The position numbers were made by a program, and so were the translations under genes. This document shows positions 28,301-55,719 of a stretch of 64,000 nucleotides of DNA, in pieces; position 1 is the first letter of the stretch; each line of letters begins with the position of its first letter. The notes beneath the pieces were generated by a model. That model ran no database searches and was not told the DNA's origin. It saw nothing but the letters and a program-made list of their open reading frames with translations. The stretch is from Bugula neritina. Its lineage: Eukaryota; Animalia; Bryozoa. Location: positions 22,043,319-22,107,318 of the forward strand of contig OZ037768.1 of the NCBI GenBank assembly GCA_964035545.1. The letters are read 5' to 3'.

Positions 28301-31300
28301 CATGAATCTGACAGATAACCCCTAGTGTAGTTTATTGTATTTATACACTAAAAAACCTGAGCAAACTCTTTTTAAATAAAAAACTTTCTCTGCTTTAATT
28401 GACAGACAAGCTCTCTAAATATAATTAATAGATTGCCCTTGACATCTATAATATGCCTTACTTTTGACCTTGACATTTATGCTATTTGCTCCGCATTTTA
28501 GTTGAAGAATTATTTTCTGGCAGCTGGATTTTGTGGGGCCGGAACAGCTGCTTCTGGTGGAATCGGCAAGAAAATAGCTGAGCTGGTGCTGGCTGATGAC
28601 ACCAATTCATTCAACGGGAAAGTTGATGTGAAACGATTCGTGGATCTTCATAACAATATCAAGTACTTGAGAGATCGTGTCAAGGAAGTTGTTGGTAATA
28701 TATACTAGTAGTACTAGTACTCTACTACTACTAGTACTAGTATTACTACTACTACTATTACTACTACTACTGCTACTACTACTGCTGCTACTACTACTAT
28801 TACTACTACTACAATGTATGTCTGTTATTTAGGGTTTGACTACGGTGCAGAAGGCGCTAGTCCAGATCGGCAGTACGATTCAGCTCGCACGTTGCGAGTC
28901 TCTCCTCTTCACACGAGAGCTGTTGAACTGGATGCGGAGTTTGGCGAGACTGTGGGATACGAGAGAGTTATGTACTTCCTCTCTAATTCTCCAGATATCA
29001 CGCACGGTAGGCGGGCAGTTTATCTTGTCATATGTATCACTGTGATAGGGAGCAGCCGTGGTGTAGTGGTTAGAGCACTGGTCTAGTAAACACAAGGTCA
29101 ATGGTTTGAATCCCATTTAAGGCCATTGATGATGTAGGAAGAGCATCCAGTCATAGTTGCTCCTTTGTCACAATGGGAAACAAGTCCTTAGCCCGCTTAA
29201 AAAATCTCCTCTATGAGGAGTTCTCACAGGAATAGTGACTATAAACCCACGAGAGTTTTTTATGTATCACTGTGATCTAATCACATTATATTTTTTCCTC
29301 ATGCAGACGAAAGTCTTAACAGAAGTAAAACGAGATACGGACAGCCCAAGTACTTTGACATCGTCAAAGCCGAGTACAAGGCGTGTCGCGAGGCTGTCGC
29401 TCTCATCGACATGTCTTCTTTCTCCAAAGTCGAGATTCGGGTAACGTTTCTTGTTTCCTGTTCGTCTGCTTCTCAGTAGAGCTGGTAGTCGTAGGCCGAC
29501 AGTTGCAGAATATTCAAGTGATAAGTAGATGTGCTCTATTAAGGATTGCAGACTACGTGTTAATAATAGCAGCTTTATAGTATAAAATAGAATTTAGTGA
29601 TCACTTGTGTATAAAAATATACTGAAGATATTTTTTGATAAAAAAGACAACTCAAGTAACCACGCAGTACTAAAATATTTGTGTAACAAGGGTAGACAAT
29701 TTCAACTTTTTTTCTTTAAGCACTTATATTTTAGTAAATTAGTTTTATAATACTCATATATTTGGACAGATTGGCAAGTTGTTGTTATGAGCTTCTAGTT
29801 TCCATGACTACTACTGTTACTAATACTCAGACTAATAGTTTTGATGTGTGAATCTGGTATTAGAATTCTTACTCAAGTTGTAATGATGCGTGTGAGAAGC
29901 TGTTACTCTGTCCAAATTTAGTGCTTTTAATAATTTGCATTCTTGTGTTGGGCTCAAAGACAATAAGATATGTTTTGTATTAAAACAGTCGGATAACACG
30001 GAGGAGTTGGTCGACTTCCTGCAATACGTCTGCGCCAACGATGTCAACAAACCAGCCGGAACTGTCATTCACACTGGCATGCTCAACCACAACGGCACGT
30101 ATGAAAACGATTGCAGTCTATTCCGGGAGAGTGAAAATAGGTAAATCCAGGAAAATTACCTAAAATATTACCCCACACTGTTTATAAGTTTACTCCTCAC
30201 TGTGTTCAGGTTTACCCCTCACATATTTTCAAAATTAGCATGACTGACTCATGTCAGGCTAAGAGATTTAAATTCAATGTAGAAAGTATTACAGTTTTGC
30301 ATACAAAAGCTATCACTACACCCCCTTCCCCCTGTAATTTCTAGTATACACCCCCTTCCCCTTTCCTCCTGTAATTTCTAGTATACACCCCCTTCCTCCT
30401 GTAATTTCTAGTATACACCCCCTTCCCCCTGTAATTTCTAGTATACACCCCCTTCCTCCTGTAATTTCTAGTATACACCCCCTTCCCCCTGTAATTTCTA
30501 GTATACTCCCAAGTATGTGGCTGATACACAACCCACTATATATGCTCTATCAATACACAGGTACTGCAGTGTCAGTCATGTTGTGTGTAATACACTGTGT
30601 TATGTATAGTTCTACAGTTATTTTCATTTCTCCAAACTTGCAGGAAGAAAAACATTGAAGCAGCCAGAAAATGTTATATAATGTTATTACAAGGTGTTGT
30701 AATATGTTTCAGTCAACTATATGTTTGTGTTGAAATACAATTATACATAACTTTAGCAGCCGTAACATATCTCACCAAACACCTTACATTTTGCCCTAGC
30801 TACTCTAATCACATGAACAGTGAATCCTTGTTTGTACATTTCCAACTTTTCAATCAACTTTATATTCAATTCAAAAAAAGAAAATTTGTTGCTACTGGAA
30901 AGACTTACCACTTTTCATTGACTGGTGGCTAACAAATTCGTAGCTTTTAGAATTTTATGAGCTGTAATTTTTAAATATAAATAGATTATTTCTAGTTAAT
31001 TAAAACTGAGGAAATTGAGTTTTTATTGTTTAGATGAAAATGAGTGAAATTTAGAAATAAACATTTTAGTTTCCCAGTGGCCTTTTAGTAGAAAAAGCAA
31101 CTCCAATCCACAAAATTACAGCTCAGAGTTTAGACTAAGAGTTTGTGTATACCTTGAGTAGGTAGTACTGTTACTGAGTGACTAGTACTGCTACTGAGTG
31201 ACTAGTACTGCTACTGAGTGACTAGTACTGTTACTGAGTGACTAGTACTGTTACTGAGTGACTAGTACTGTTACTGAGTGAGTAGTACTGTTACTGAGTG

Positions 31301-34300
31301 ACTAGTACTGCTACTGAGTGACTAGTACTGCTACTGAGTGACTAGTACTGCTACTGAGTGACTAGTACTGCTACTGAGTGACTAGTACTGCTACTGAGTA
31401 ACTAGTACTGCTACTGAGTGACTAGTACTGCTACTGAGTGACTAGTAGTCTTACTGAGTGAATAGTACTATTACTGAGTGACTAGTACTGCTACTGAGTG
31501 ACTAGTACTGCTACTGAGTGACTAGTAGTCTTACTGAGTGAATAGTACTATTACTGAGTGACTAGTACTCACACTGAGTGAGTAGTACTCTTACTAACGG
31601 ATCACATTGCAGGTACCTCTCAGTGTCTCTACCCCAGCAGCAAACCCAGACACTCTGGTGGCTGAACAAACAGCTGCCACAAGGTTCCTCCATCCAGATC
31701 AGTGACATCACGTCCATGTACACAGTCATCAATGTCATTGGACCAAAAGCTAGAGAGCTCATTGGTGAGCTCACTGATGTTTCGCTTAAAATAGCCGACT
31801 TCCCTCAGATGTCCGGCAAGGTGGGTTATGTTTGTTTTGAAAGAAGGTTTGAGATATGAGAAAGGTAAGGAGGTGGTGTAAGACAGTAAAGGTAAGTTGG
31901 ATGAGGTGAGAAGCTCAGAGTAATGCGGGAGAGGTGAGAGTAGGGGAGCTTAAGGCAAGCCTTTACGTATTGGAAGGGTTGAGCTATAAATAAAGTTTGG
32001 CTGTTGGCTTTTTTTATAGGGTAAGTGCTTTAAAAGCTGTGCCTGAGTTCTAATGAATAATTGTAGTAAAGGAAGTTGCCCAACTATTCATTGAAACGCC
32101 TTAAGGTGCAAGTTTGCAATAAATAACATGCATGCTCAAAAAATATATATTGGAGTTTAATAGGTCATCTAGTATATTTCACTCTGCGTTATATTTGGCT
32201 TGTTTAAAGGAAAACGTGTCGAATAACAGAAAAAGTGTGTTGAAGCCCAAAATCAGGTTCAAAAGTACTGGTTGGATTTGCTTGAAACTAGCCAAGCTCA
32301 AAAATTGTCATAAGAATGCAAAATCTATGTTAATAATTTGGCAGCGATAGAAAAAATATATCACAGGAAAACCGATTAATAGTGAATTTACCATGATTGG
32401 AAAAAAGGAATTGCATTTTCTGAAAATTAAAAATAATTCTGGTGCTAAATGGTCACATGTATGCAGTTGTCAGTATATATTACAATGCACCATAATAAAT
32501 ATAAAAATTGCGCTTTATTTTAGTTTGTAATTTAAATGAACATCTTATGGTTTAGAGTTTAGTAGCAGTAGGTGAATAACCAGAGTAATATTTAATGTTT
32601 AGGAAGATATTTGTTTGCTAACTAACACTGACCATCTCCTGACTCTGAATATATTGTAGCTTAAACTATGAGAATAAGAAACATTATTTTCTGTTGCATA
32701 AGCAAAGCGAGAAGTGTAAACATTTATCTGTTTACTAAATGCAGTGAGTTTTAGCTGTTGATTAATGTTACATTATGGTTGATTAGTCGAAACTATTTCA
32801 ATGGAAGCTAATCTAGATAAGAGTTATGGTACCAGATTGAAGATAAACAGAAGATATATTTGATGTATCATAACTTATCTAAGAGTCAATCATAAAAATG
32901 TCAACACTAGATATGCCAAGTAAAGTCAACAGTTGAGTTATCCCAGATGTGTTAGAGAAATGTCAAAAGTGGAGTTGTAATAAAAAATTTGGCTTAAAAT
33001 GCTTGTGAAAACTAAAGCTTCAAAGTAATTTCGTTTGGAAATTAGATTTCTATAAGGAAATTAGTATTGAAGCTATCAGACCTACAGGATTAGAAGATAG
33101 TTGAATATTAATAATTTTATGTCATCTTGTAATCCCTTTAGTCTCACACTTTCATATTTCTTTTGCTCTTGGTGCTTTCTAAAAGTCAGATTTGTTAAAA
33201 AGGGCTAGAATAAGGTGTGTTGCTGTAAACTTTATATTTTTTGTATTTTTTTATTTTCTTCATGTTTTAATTTGATTTAGCCATAGCACATCAAAGTTCA
33301 TAGAAAGAAAGTTGTACAATTTTTTTCTCTACTGAAATATAGAAAGGAGTTTCCAGTTTTATCACCTCAATAGAGATGACGATGTTCTCCATTCAAAGGC
33401 TTCCAAAAAGTTTCATTCTCCATCTATTCGAAATAAAAAGCCAAAAAGCAAAAATTCTCACTAGTAACAATTTGTTTATATGCATAGGAAATAACTTGAT
33501 TGTGCATGTATATAAGCTTCGTGCCTTCTGCGACATTTACTATTCCACTGAGAGAACCTTCGTTTCCTGCCAATTTTCACAGTGAAACAAAACTATTTGT
33601 TTTGGATTTTTATCACTGTTGCACAAGTTTGGTGTATAGGTCACGACCCCTGGATAAGTCTTGACCGAAATAGAAAGCTAATCAATAAAGCATTAAAACT
33701 CTCTTCTCCAAACAAGTTTCTCTGATTCACCAGATTGATAAATAATTCTACATTCAAGAGTTGCAGCTGATCAGGTTACTATCAATAAAATACAGCTAGT
33801 TGTGAGCTCTGTAATTTAAAGCCTTTCCTTATTTGTAATCATTTTCAATCTGTACATGGTAAAATGACCTGTCAACACACAATGAATGTAAATACTGGAA
33901 TCTCTGATGATAAACACACTCTGTTATGAACACACCACACATTAAAATCTAATAAATAAATGAAAGTTAATTAGTCTCCAATATCTTATTTAAGCAATTC
34001 CTATTTAAATGTATGCACTGGTAAATAAATAAAGGCAAGTCAGTTTGACAATTCTTCTTTTGCTACATTTTTATTCTAGAACACAGGCTTTTCTCAATTT
34101 CTCCATTACTGCACCTACCTCTCAAAAATTTAAAAATAAATTCACCAACTTTTACAAAACTATATAAAGCTTTGAAATGCACTGCAGTTTTCGGTGCCTT
34201 TAGCTTCCTTGGCTTTTAATATTTATTTCTCAAATTTAAATTCCATACTATATTATATTATATTAACTGAATCCTATAGAAACTAGTATTACAATAAAAC

Positions 34301-37300
34301 ATAGAAAATGAAAAACCAAGTTAAAGCATTTGTTGCTTACACCACAAATGCATTATATTTTTAATAGATAATGGCCCTAGACTAATTTTATAAAAAAAGG
34401 TGAGGTAAACATTTTTTTTAGAGCAGTAGAGTGACACACAATGTATCCGGTAGTTGAACCCCTACTGACTATTGCTGTTAGTTTAAACTGTTGGAACAAG
34501 CATCCAGTTGTGTAAGATTTGGTTTTGCTATCAGTTATGATTAAAATGATAAAATATTTCTGTTTCTACTACAAAATGGCTAAATGCCAAATATAACTAG
34601 ATCTAACTGATAAACAAGCCCAGCATCTGCATTGTGAAGTCATCTAAACTATGGTACTAAATAATGTTATTTGGGAGAATGTTGCAAAAAGGTTATTAGC
34701 ATATATTGCTGTAATTCTCATGTTATTTTTAAGCTGTCAATCAAAAAAGTGGAGCACAATATATATGAAATAATTGATTTTTCTAATGTTCTGAGTTACT
34801 GAATGAATTACCAGCCATGATCTATCATGTGACTGCACATGACTCATCATCTAGTTGTGATTGAGGAAAGTTAAGTAGAATGAGTCAATCAGAGTTGGTA
34901 GATAAACTAACAGACGAGTGCATTCAAAGTTCAACTTACTGCTCTCACTGTTTATTTAAAGAGTTTCCACACAATTTTAATACTGAATAAATTGTATGAA
35001 TAAAAATTACTAACCTGACAGTAGTAAACCGTGAATTATGTGATTATTGACAGTCAAATAATTTAAAAAATACTTCCTGCACATGGTACTGGGATTTGTC
35101 TGTCTACGATAAATGCAAATAGACTGATTAACCAAATGTCCTATTGTTGTTTTCAGTTTAGTTGAGGCAACTTTTTCGGTTACAATTATTGACAAGAGTT
35201 TGAAAAAATAGAGCTTTTCGCACCTGTCTTTGAATATTTGCTATATGTTTGCATGCAAATGTTACCTGTCATGTGTACTATAGTGATATATTTTATAGTA
35301 TTATATGCTATAGTATTATATGCTATACTGTTATATATTATAATGTTATATATTATATAATGTTGTGCACTACATTGCTATATGTTATACAATGTTATAT
35401 ATTGTATGTTATGCTATGTTGACAGCCATTGTACGTAGCCAATGCCGGTGGAGTTATAGCCATGAGACTCACTCACTCTCATGAAGATGGATTCCTTCTC
35501 TATATACCCTCTGAGGTAACCTCCACTCTTGTTACCTTTTCTTGTTCATTTGAAGAAAGAGAGAATTTTTGAGATTATAGTATCAAAATTATCACTTGCA
35601 GAAAAAAGTCAACTTTAGCTAGATTACCACAGTCGATTTTTATGATAGAGATTGGGGAAATTGTTTCAAATTTAATTTCAATTAATTTATGTTGGCCAAG
35701 AATATTTATCACAATTTAAATAATGAATAATTCTATTCTAAAGTAAGTCAACCGGAAATTCATTTACTTTATCTCTCACCACTTTACTTCAAGTGTTTTT
35801 AACGAAAAGGAAACTGATTTGGGAATTTAAACTTATTCACTGAATCTAAACACTATCACACATCTGTATCTTATCTTTCACCATCTGGCTTACATAACAC
35901 ACCACTCTGCTACTTTACAGCTCAACTTATCAGCTGAGAGGTGCTACTAGCATCCTACATATAGATATAAAATAGATGCAAAGTGGGGCATAAAATGCTG
36001 CATTGTGGGTAATTAGGATATGATGTCATTGTTAGAAGGATTTAACATGGTGAAAAATTGAAATATTTTCCTAGTTCAGAATTACCTGTGAGATAGTGTA
36101 ATTGAGTTTGTGAGGTACAAAAATGTAGATTTTCTCTTAACTTAGGTTTCTAACTACGGATTTGGTTATCAGTTTGAGATGGGTGTAGCTTTAATTTAAC
36201 GGCCCACAGCTTTCTCTTCTCAGAAACTAGATCCACTCATCTGTAACTCTGTCTTACATAATCTTACCAGTTCTCTAACCTCACTGGTGAATTCATGTAA
36301 ACATCAGTCACCATGGCCACTGTTACTATAAACTATCGCACTTGAACATCACCTCTACAGAACGTAGAAACCTTTTTATATCAAAAATAGACGAAACCTA
36401 CAGTACATTATAGGTTTTGATTTGTATACAGCAATGCATCGCAACTCATCGCTGGTGGTTGTTGAGATTTCTAAGTTACTATCTCTTCTGATATGATATT
36501 GTAACTTGTGTTCACCAGATTGAGTTCTATAACATGAACCCAATAACTTCAGTGCACTAATTGTATTGGTACTCCTGTTCTTGTTAACAATGTTTAATCT
36601 AGGAATAGAAGTGATAGGGAAAGATAAGGTGCGCTTTTAGTATGGTGAATCAGCTGTTAGGGATCTTATCAGTCCACTCCCTGAGATCTTCAACAGAGTG
36701 TGGTCTGCTACTATTTAATGCGACAGTAAACGGGCTATTGCATAATAGTAGTGAAAATGCTACTCAGTTGTCCACAATGACTATCTTTTAAATCTGTTAT
36801 TTTGATTAAAAAGACAGTTTGAAGTGAATTTAGTGTCTTTACTATAAATGAAATGTTAAATTGAGGAAAAGGTGTAAGTAAATAGTTTTTTCATATCGAT
36901 GTACACCAAATGCTATACAACTGGGAAATATGGACATATTTACTGCATTATTTATAAATAAAAAGGTTTTTCTTTGTTTTAGAAGCAGTAACAAAGACAT
37001 TTCAATAGCTTAAATTCTTTAATCTTTAAAATGTTTTCTGGGTTAAAATTCTAAAACACATGTTTTTGCAAAATTTCTTGTTTAAGGACGGGTGGGGGAG
37101 AGGCCACCCTCATAACAGTGTCTTCACATAGCCAGGTTTCCTTGTAGTATTCACTGCACGTGTACGACACGCTGATGGAGGTGGGTAGAGACTACGGTGT
37201 CAGGAATGCAGGCTACTTTGCTCTACGCTCTCTTAGAACTGAGTGGTTCTTCGCGTACTGGGGGACAGATCTCACCTCCCAAGTCACCCCCCTGGAGTGT

Positions 37301-38792
37301 GGCAGAGATCAGAGGTGTAAGTTAAGTGTAAGTAGAGTGTATATTACTTCTTATTTAGTAAAAGTACCATCAGTTATGTTTATTCAAGATAAAAGTTGAC
37401 ATAAGCCCCACAATTTACTAAAACAAGTTCCACAAACAGCTTATATTCTGTGAACCATTTCAATCGAAATTATGTCTGATTGAAAAAAGAACTCCTGGCT
37501 GGAAATTCTTAGTATTGTTGAAACAGAAGAGTTTTGCTCTGAAATTTTTGCAGTATTGGAATAAATGGCTGCCATTTATGTATAATAGAATAGGATTATG
37601 CCTGGAGATGGCATAGCAGCTACAGCTAATAGCCATTACAAGATAACATTTTCCTTATCTGCTGGTGGTTTCAGAGTAGATTGTTGCTTGGCCCTTCCAT
37701 TGTGATGTTAGAGTTTAGGAATTCTGACTATTATATGTGGCAGTTTTATCAGTGTTTTTGTTTACACAAATCAGCTGACTGCACTGGCCTGGGCTGGCTC
37801 TCTCTCTCTGCACAACTGTCAGCTGCTGCAGCAGCAGTGCAAGGGCTGCATTACACCATATCATGCCCAGCTATCATGATTATATTTATGCTCATCAATA
37901 TTCTGTTTTTATTTGTTTTCTAGTCAGCCCATGCTGTTGATATTGTTTATGGAAGATGTAATTGAAATATAATAACACCAGAGATATTATTATATTCTTG
38001 TGTGATATTGTGACATTTGATGTGCATTGAATGAGTGTTTACCAAATTTGAGGTCAGTTTCTAGGTTGACACCAGCTGCACATGTGGGGCTGTATTTCCA
38101 GTGTGTATGTAGTTTATGTACCAAGTTACCACTGCCCCCCAAATCCCAATTTATTATTATTTATGGCAAAGTCCAGCTTTGGAAAAATTGGCAATATTCT
38201 CTCCAGATTGGTTTCAGATTGTGGAGTTATAATGGACTAGTAATGATGTTGTTGAGATGTTTACACTGAATTGTAAAGTTGCCAACTGTCCAGCACCATG
38301 GCTTTCACATGCAGTCAGTCAGTGTCCAGGCATATAACGATACAAAGCATATAACATTGCAGAACATATAATATTACAGAGCATATAATATTACAGAGCG
38401 GGATGGATTTCATTGGCCGAGATGCGCTGATGAGGCAGCGACAAGAAGGAATCAAGAAGAAGTTTGTCATGTTAACTCTGGACGACCATGACATAGCAAC
38501 TGACAACTTCCCCTGGCAAGGCGAACCTATTCTACGTAACGGGAAGTACGTCGGTAACGTGACGAGTAGTGCCTACGGGTACACTCTGGAGAGACAGGTG
38601 TGTCTGGGCTACATCACCAACTGTGAAAGTGCAGAAGGTACTGTAACAATGTCCTACATCACTGACAAAGCTGCTAACTACCAAGTCGCTATTGGAAACA
38701 AGTTATTCTCAGCCACGATGCACGCTTACCCTCCGAAAATTGTAACCCCAGACTATGGATTTTATCATCCCTCAAAAAAGATGGGCACTTGA
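19350..38792 (+). CDS. PDPR: Pyruvate dehydrogenase phosphatase regulatory subunit-like (DAO/GcvT family flavoprotein), 17 coding exons, 890 aa
   Basis: Exons 19350-19431, 19650-19812 (alt. acceptor 19635), 20334-20461, 20807-20888, 23510-23673, 23893-24020, 24122-24236, 24442-24600, 25016-25140, 28502-28694, 28833-29006, 29307-29440, 29989-30140, 31613-31820, 35426-35515, 37148-37327, 38397-38792; all phases consistent (2673 nt). FAD motif VVVCGGGIVG, INAAGQWAR, LIDMSSFSK, HTGMLNHNGTYENDCS, VTPLECGR, DFIGRDAL, PWQGEPILRNG, TSSAYGYTL. RFVDLHNN..LRDR and TSYSAG (no covalent-FAD His of SARDH/DMGDH TWHxAG) favour PDPR. Basic, acid-free N-terminus fits a mitochondrial presequence. Confidence 0.9.
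21273..23523. repeat. 32-bp minisatellite (~70 copies) whose last unit supplies the PDPR exon-5 acceptor
   Basis: Unit tattagt(a/g)ctgtagttatactatatgcaggta; the last copy reads ...tatatgcag|GTATATTGGTACTGAAACA (exon starts 23510). Confidence 0.97.
24288..24410. repeat. ~23-bp tandem repeat (~5 copies) in PDPR intron
   Basis: Unit gagagacttgtaatgactcaaga; ends ~30 nt before acceptor 24441/24442. Confidence 0.9.
26026..27522 (-). CDS. Nested antisense gene: divergent HMG-box protein with SR-rich segment and H1/protamine-like basic tail, 408 aa
   Basis: Exons 27522-27368, 27213-27011, 26894-26026; GT-AG introns of 154 and 116 nt, phases 2 and 1 consistent, 1227 nt open. N-terminus MVASHESEGYKLFAQLYKRKRERDGRRKLEKKEFDEKAASHWRAMTSEQKKRYGNEADRR has HMG-box hallmarks (YxLF, F, WxxMTxEQKxRY). 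Exon 3 is in frame with the 217-aa Lys-rich ORF. Lies wholly within PDPR intron 25141-28501. Confidence 0.85.
28704..28812. repeat. (TAC)n-type trinucleotide microsatellite filling a short PDPR intron
   Basis: tactactac... occupies most of intron 28695-28832. Confidence 0.9.
29047..29260 (+). mobile_element. tRNA-derived SINE with perfect 16-bp target-site duplication
   Basis: A-box TGGTGTAGTGG, B-box GGTTTGAATCC, core AGGAAGAGCATCCAG; flanked by TATGTATCACTGTGAT at 29031-29046 and 29261-29276; second copy at 11651. Confidence 0.92.
30316..30507. repeat. 30-bp minisatellite (~6 copies), C-rich/G-rich strand asymmetry
   Basis: Unit tacacccccttcc(c/t)cctgtaatttctagta; source of the 10-aa periodic ORFs 30316-30531 and 30341-30529. 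Confidence 0.95.
31158..31598. repeat. 20-bp minisatellite (~22 copies) ending at the branch point of PDPR exon 14
   Basis: Unit actagtactg(c/t)tactgagtg; in the last unit TACTGAG is replaced by TACTAAC (31592-31598), 14 nt before exon start 31613. Confidence 0.93.
38331..38398. repeat. Four 17-bp units, the last overlapping the acceptor of the final PDPR exon
   Basis: catataacgatacaaag / catataacattgcagaa / catataatattacagag / catataatattacag|AG; exon begins 38397. Confidence 0.8.
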
Positions 38793-41285
38793 GTCTGTTG
38801 TTGCTTTAAGTTTTTATTTGGTTTGTGTCTCAATTTATTGCGTTGTACATACCTTTTTGTTTGATTTTTAACTATTATATTTATTTTTTCTAATATATGA
38901 GTTGATAAACCATGGTCTAAGTTATTGTCTCTTTATATACCTACAGGGCTTGTTTTATTATGGCTAAACATATGCTGGAAGTTTTTCTGCATAAACTAGT
39001 CAATCCAGATATGATCCTGTTGTTTTGTTTCTAAAAATATACAGTTTATCAAGTCTTTTGTTTCAGCTACTTTTTGTGGCACCCGAAGGAGATTATTTAA
39101 TCTAGAAGTTATCATTTTGTGTTGATTTTCTTCAATGTTTGATAAATTGTTGGACTGTAAAATTTTCAGGTTGCTTCAATTTTTATGTCGGTTTTCAAGT
39201 TATGGAAAAAAAAATAAATCAAATAGAAACAACATTGTTGAAAAACCAGTTTCTGCATCATTGAAAATATTAGACTGTAACCAGTATTCACTGTATGTGC
39301 AGTTGCAGCCATTTTCTTTTTTTAGCTTATAGGTTAAATTTTGTGTAGAATTTGTAGTCACCAAATTTTAAAGGCTATTTTCAAATTTTATACGAAGAAA
39401 CGAGGTTCATATGGCTTTGCATTTAAAAATACCAGCTATATGGTTAAATTTGATTTAGAAGATGACATTATAAATGGTTATTATAGCTTTAGATCAGAGT
39501 AAATAGGATGATGTTACAGTCTTGTAGGCGGAATAGCTTATGCTACTTTCATGTGGGCATTGATGAGCTGATGGAGCAAAAAATAAAAATCAAGAAAAAA
39601 AAGTAACTAGGCATGGTAAATCAATTAAAACACTATAGAATGTAAACCAGTATGTTACTACATTAAAACAGCTAAGTTGTTCGTTGAAATCTAGGAGATC
39701 TAGCTATGAAATATAAATCAAAATAAAACAATAAATCGCCATACATATTGCTGGCCACTTCTTACTGTTTTATCATTTACAGACAATTGGCAGAAACTAA
39801 ATATTTATAATGCTTAATAAATATATTATTTGCCATCTACTATTTGTATGGTTACAAATATTATTATCAAGTACGATGCTTTGATGCTCTAAGAGATATT
39901 TGCAGGATAAATATCTTAAGCCAAGTCTAGTAATGTTAACTCACCACTGTTGCTAAAATGAAGACTGCCAGACCTATATAAACTGTCCAGTCAGCCTTAA
40001 GAAGAGAGACTAAACTGACCGTTAAATAAAGTTTTAATACTAAGCTTCCCAGCTTGTAACTAAAATAGCTATGCATAGCTTTTAGCTTTATTTTTAAGGT
40101 AAAAATGGCACAAAAAAGAGGAAAATTTTTTGATTATCATTGAAAGAACTATTTTGTCTTTATTGGGTTTGCAAATGGATGCAAAAAGTTTGTTTTTCTT
40201 GTAAAAACTGTTGTTAGTTTTCTAAAAAAAGTTATAATTGTAACCATAGATCTATCAGACTACAGAAAGTCTATCTTCATCATAGACTTTTTACACAGGA
40301 TACGGACTAGTAAAATTTGTGTAGCAACTAGTGGTGATGATTAACCTTCAAGATATTGATGGCCACTTTTGAGTGAAACTTGGTGCATATTGAACAATAT
40401 TTGTTAGATATGAACTATGCCAATTTTATAAGGAAAACTGCCTTTATTGCCATCAGCACCATATTTCATCACTGAGTCACATCATTATTTTGCTAGTGCA
40501 TTGTCTATTGTTGTCAACTGTCATTACTAAATTACATTTCATGTGGCAGCAATTGGCAGCCAGGAGTAATTTCTGGTCAACATGATATATTTGGCACAGT
40601 TTATAAATTTCTTCTACAATAAAAAGCATTTAGAATAAATACACTATATCTGCTGAGCACTATACATAAGCTACTTCAAGTGCGGTATATAAAAATAATA
40701 TAAAATTTGATTATAAAACATTTAAAGCAGATTAAAACTAAAATATAAATGCTGTTTGCGTGACCAGTCCTCTAAACTGATAATGAATTTTGATTGGATA
40801 AGAAGCACCTCATGTTTCCACAGCATATCAAAATATATGAAACAATATTAAAATTGCATAGAATAAGGTCAAGTAGAAATGCTAGTCAGTTTTCAAGGTT
40901 ACTATGCATTGGTCAGAGTAAAACCTACAGTGTCAAATAACTATATAAAATAGAGCCACATGAACTAACTAGTTAGAATTATACATTTTTCTAATGATAT
41001 AGAAATTTATATAAAGCTAAAATTGACAATAAATGAGCTCATGATATCAAATTAGTATATAAAATTATATAATTTGTACAAAATTGCATTGGTTACTTGC
41101 ATGATATCTTAAGTAATGAAGTATTGAATGAACAGAATATAAAGTAGTGTAGTACATTGTACATGTTAAGTGACAAACAGCAACGCTGTGTATATGTAGT
41201 GTGTTTATAATATAGTGTGTGTAGTGCGCACACAAGACAGTATATGTTACAGTGTGATATTATGACTGGTAAGTAATGATTGACT

Positions 41286-55058
<13,773 letters not shown>

Positions 55059-55719
55059 CAACACAGCTTCCGGCTGCCTATAAAAATATTACAACACTGT
55101 TAACAGAGTGATGAGAAAACAAACAGTACCCTGTTGTGACAAAGGCACTGTAAATGCTGTGTTAGTAGTTAGAACTAGAGGGAAGCATGGTGTTGATATA
55201 AAGGTAGTGGAAGGTTGGAAATTGTGACTATAAGTTATTATTTACCTTATTTTCACAGCAGGGTTAGTATATTGGGGTGAATGTAACTGGTATAGGGAGT
55301 GAAATGTCTACAACATAATAATCACATGTTTAAATATCTACATATAGATTGCATCTATGAGTAATGTTAGCCTTGTCTCTAGTAATGGATAATTTGGGTA
55401 AATCCTGTGACACTTGGAATTTTGAATATAGCATACAATAAAGCAAAACTGATAGTGTAGATTACCAATTTCAACATTTAGAGAAGTACATATTCTGGTA
55501 AACAATATGCAAATGATATGGAATAAACTGAATAACATTTTGCACTTTTATGAAAATAAACATAGGTCATAAGACGCTACCTGTATACAAAGCTGGATTA
55601 AATTAGGGTCCAGGAAGCGAATTTCTTCATTAGCTTATGAGTTAAATTTGATATATTGACACCCAAGGCCGCCTACCAGCAGAAAAGATGTATGTTACAG
55701 TCAGTCTTGTTTTGGCCAA

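Noticed and set aside
29048-29120. tRNA gene
   Set aside because: A/B boxes are present but there is no proper acceptor stem; it continues into a SINE body with TSD and a second genomic copy.
19350-38792. Sarcosine or dimethylglycine dehydrogenase assignment
   Set aside because: Lacks the covalent-FAD histidine motif and has PDPR-type C-terminal motifs.
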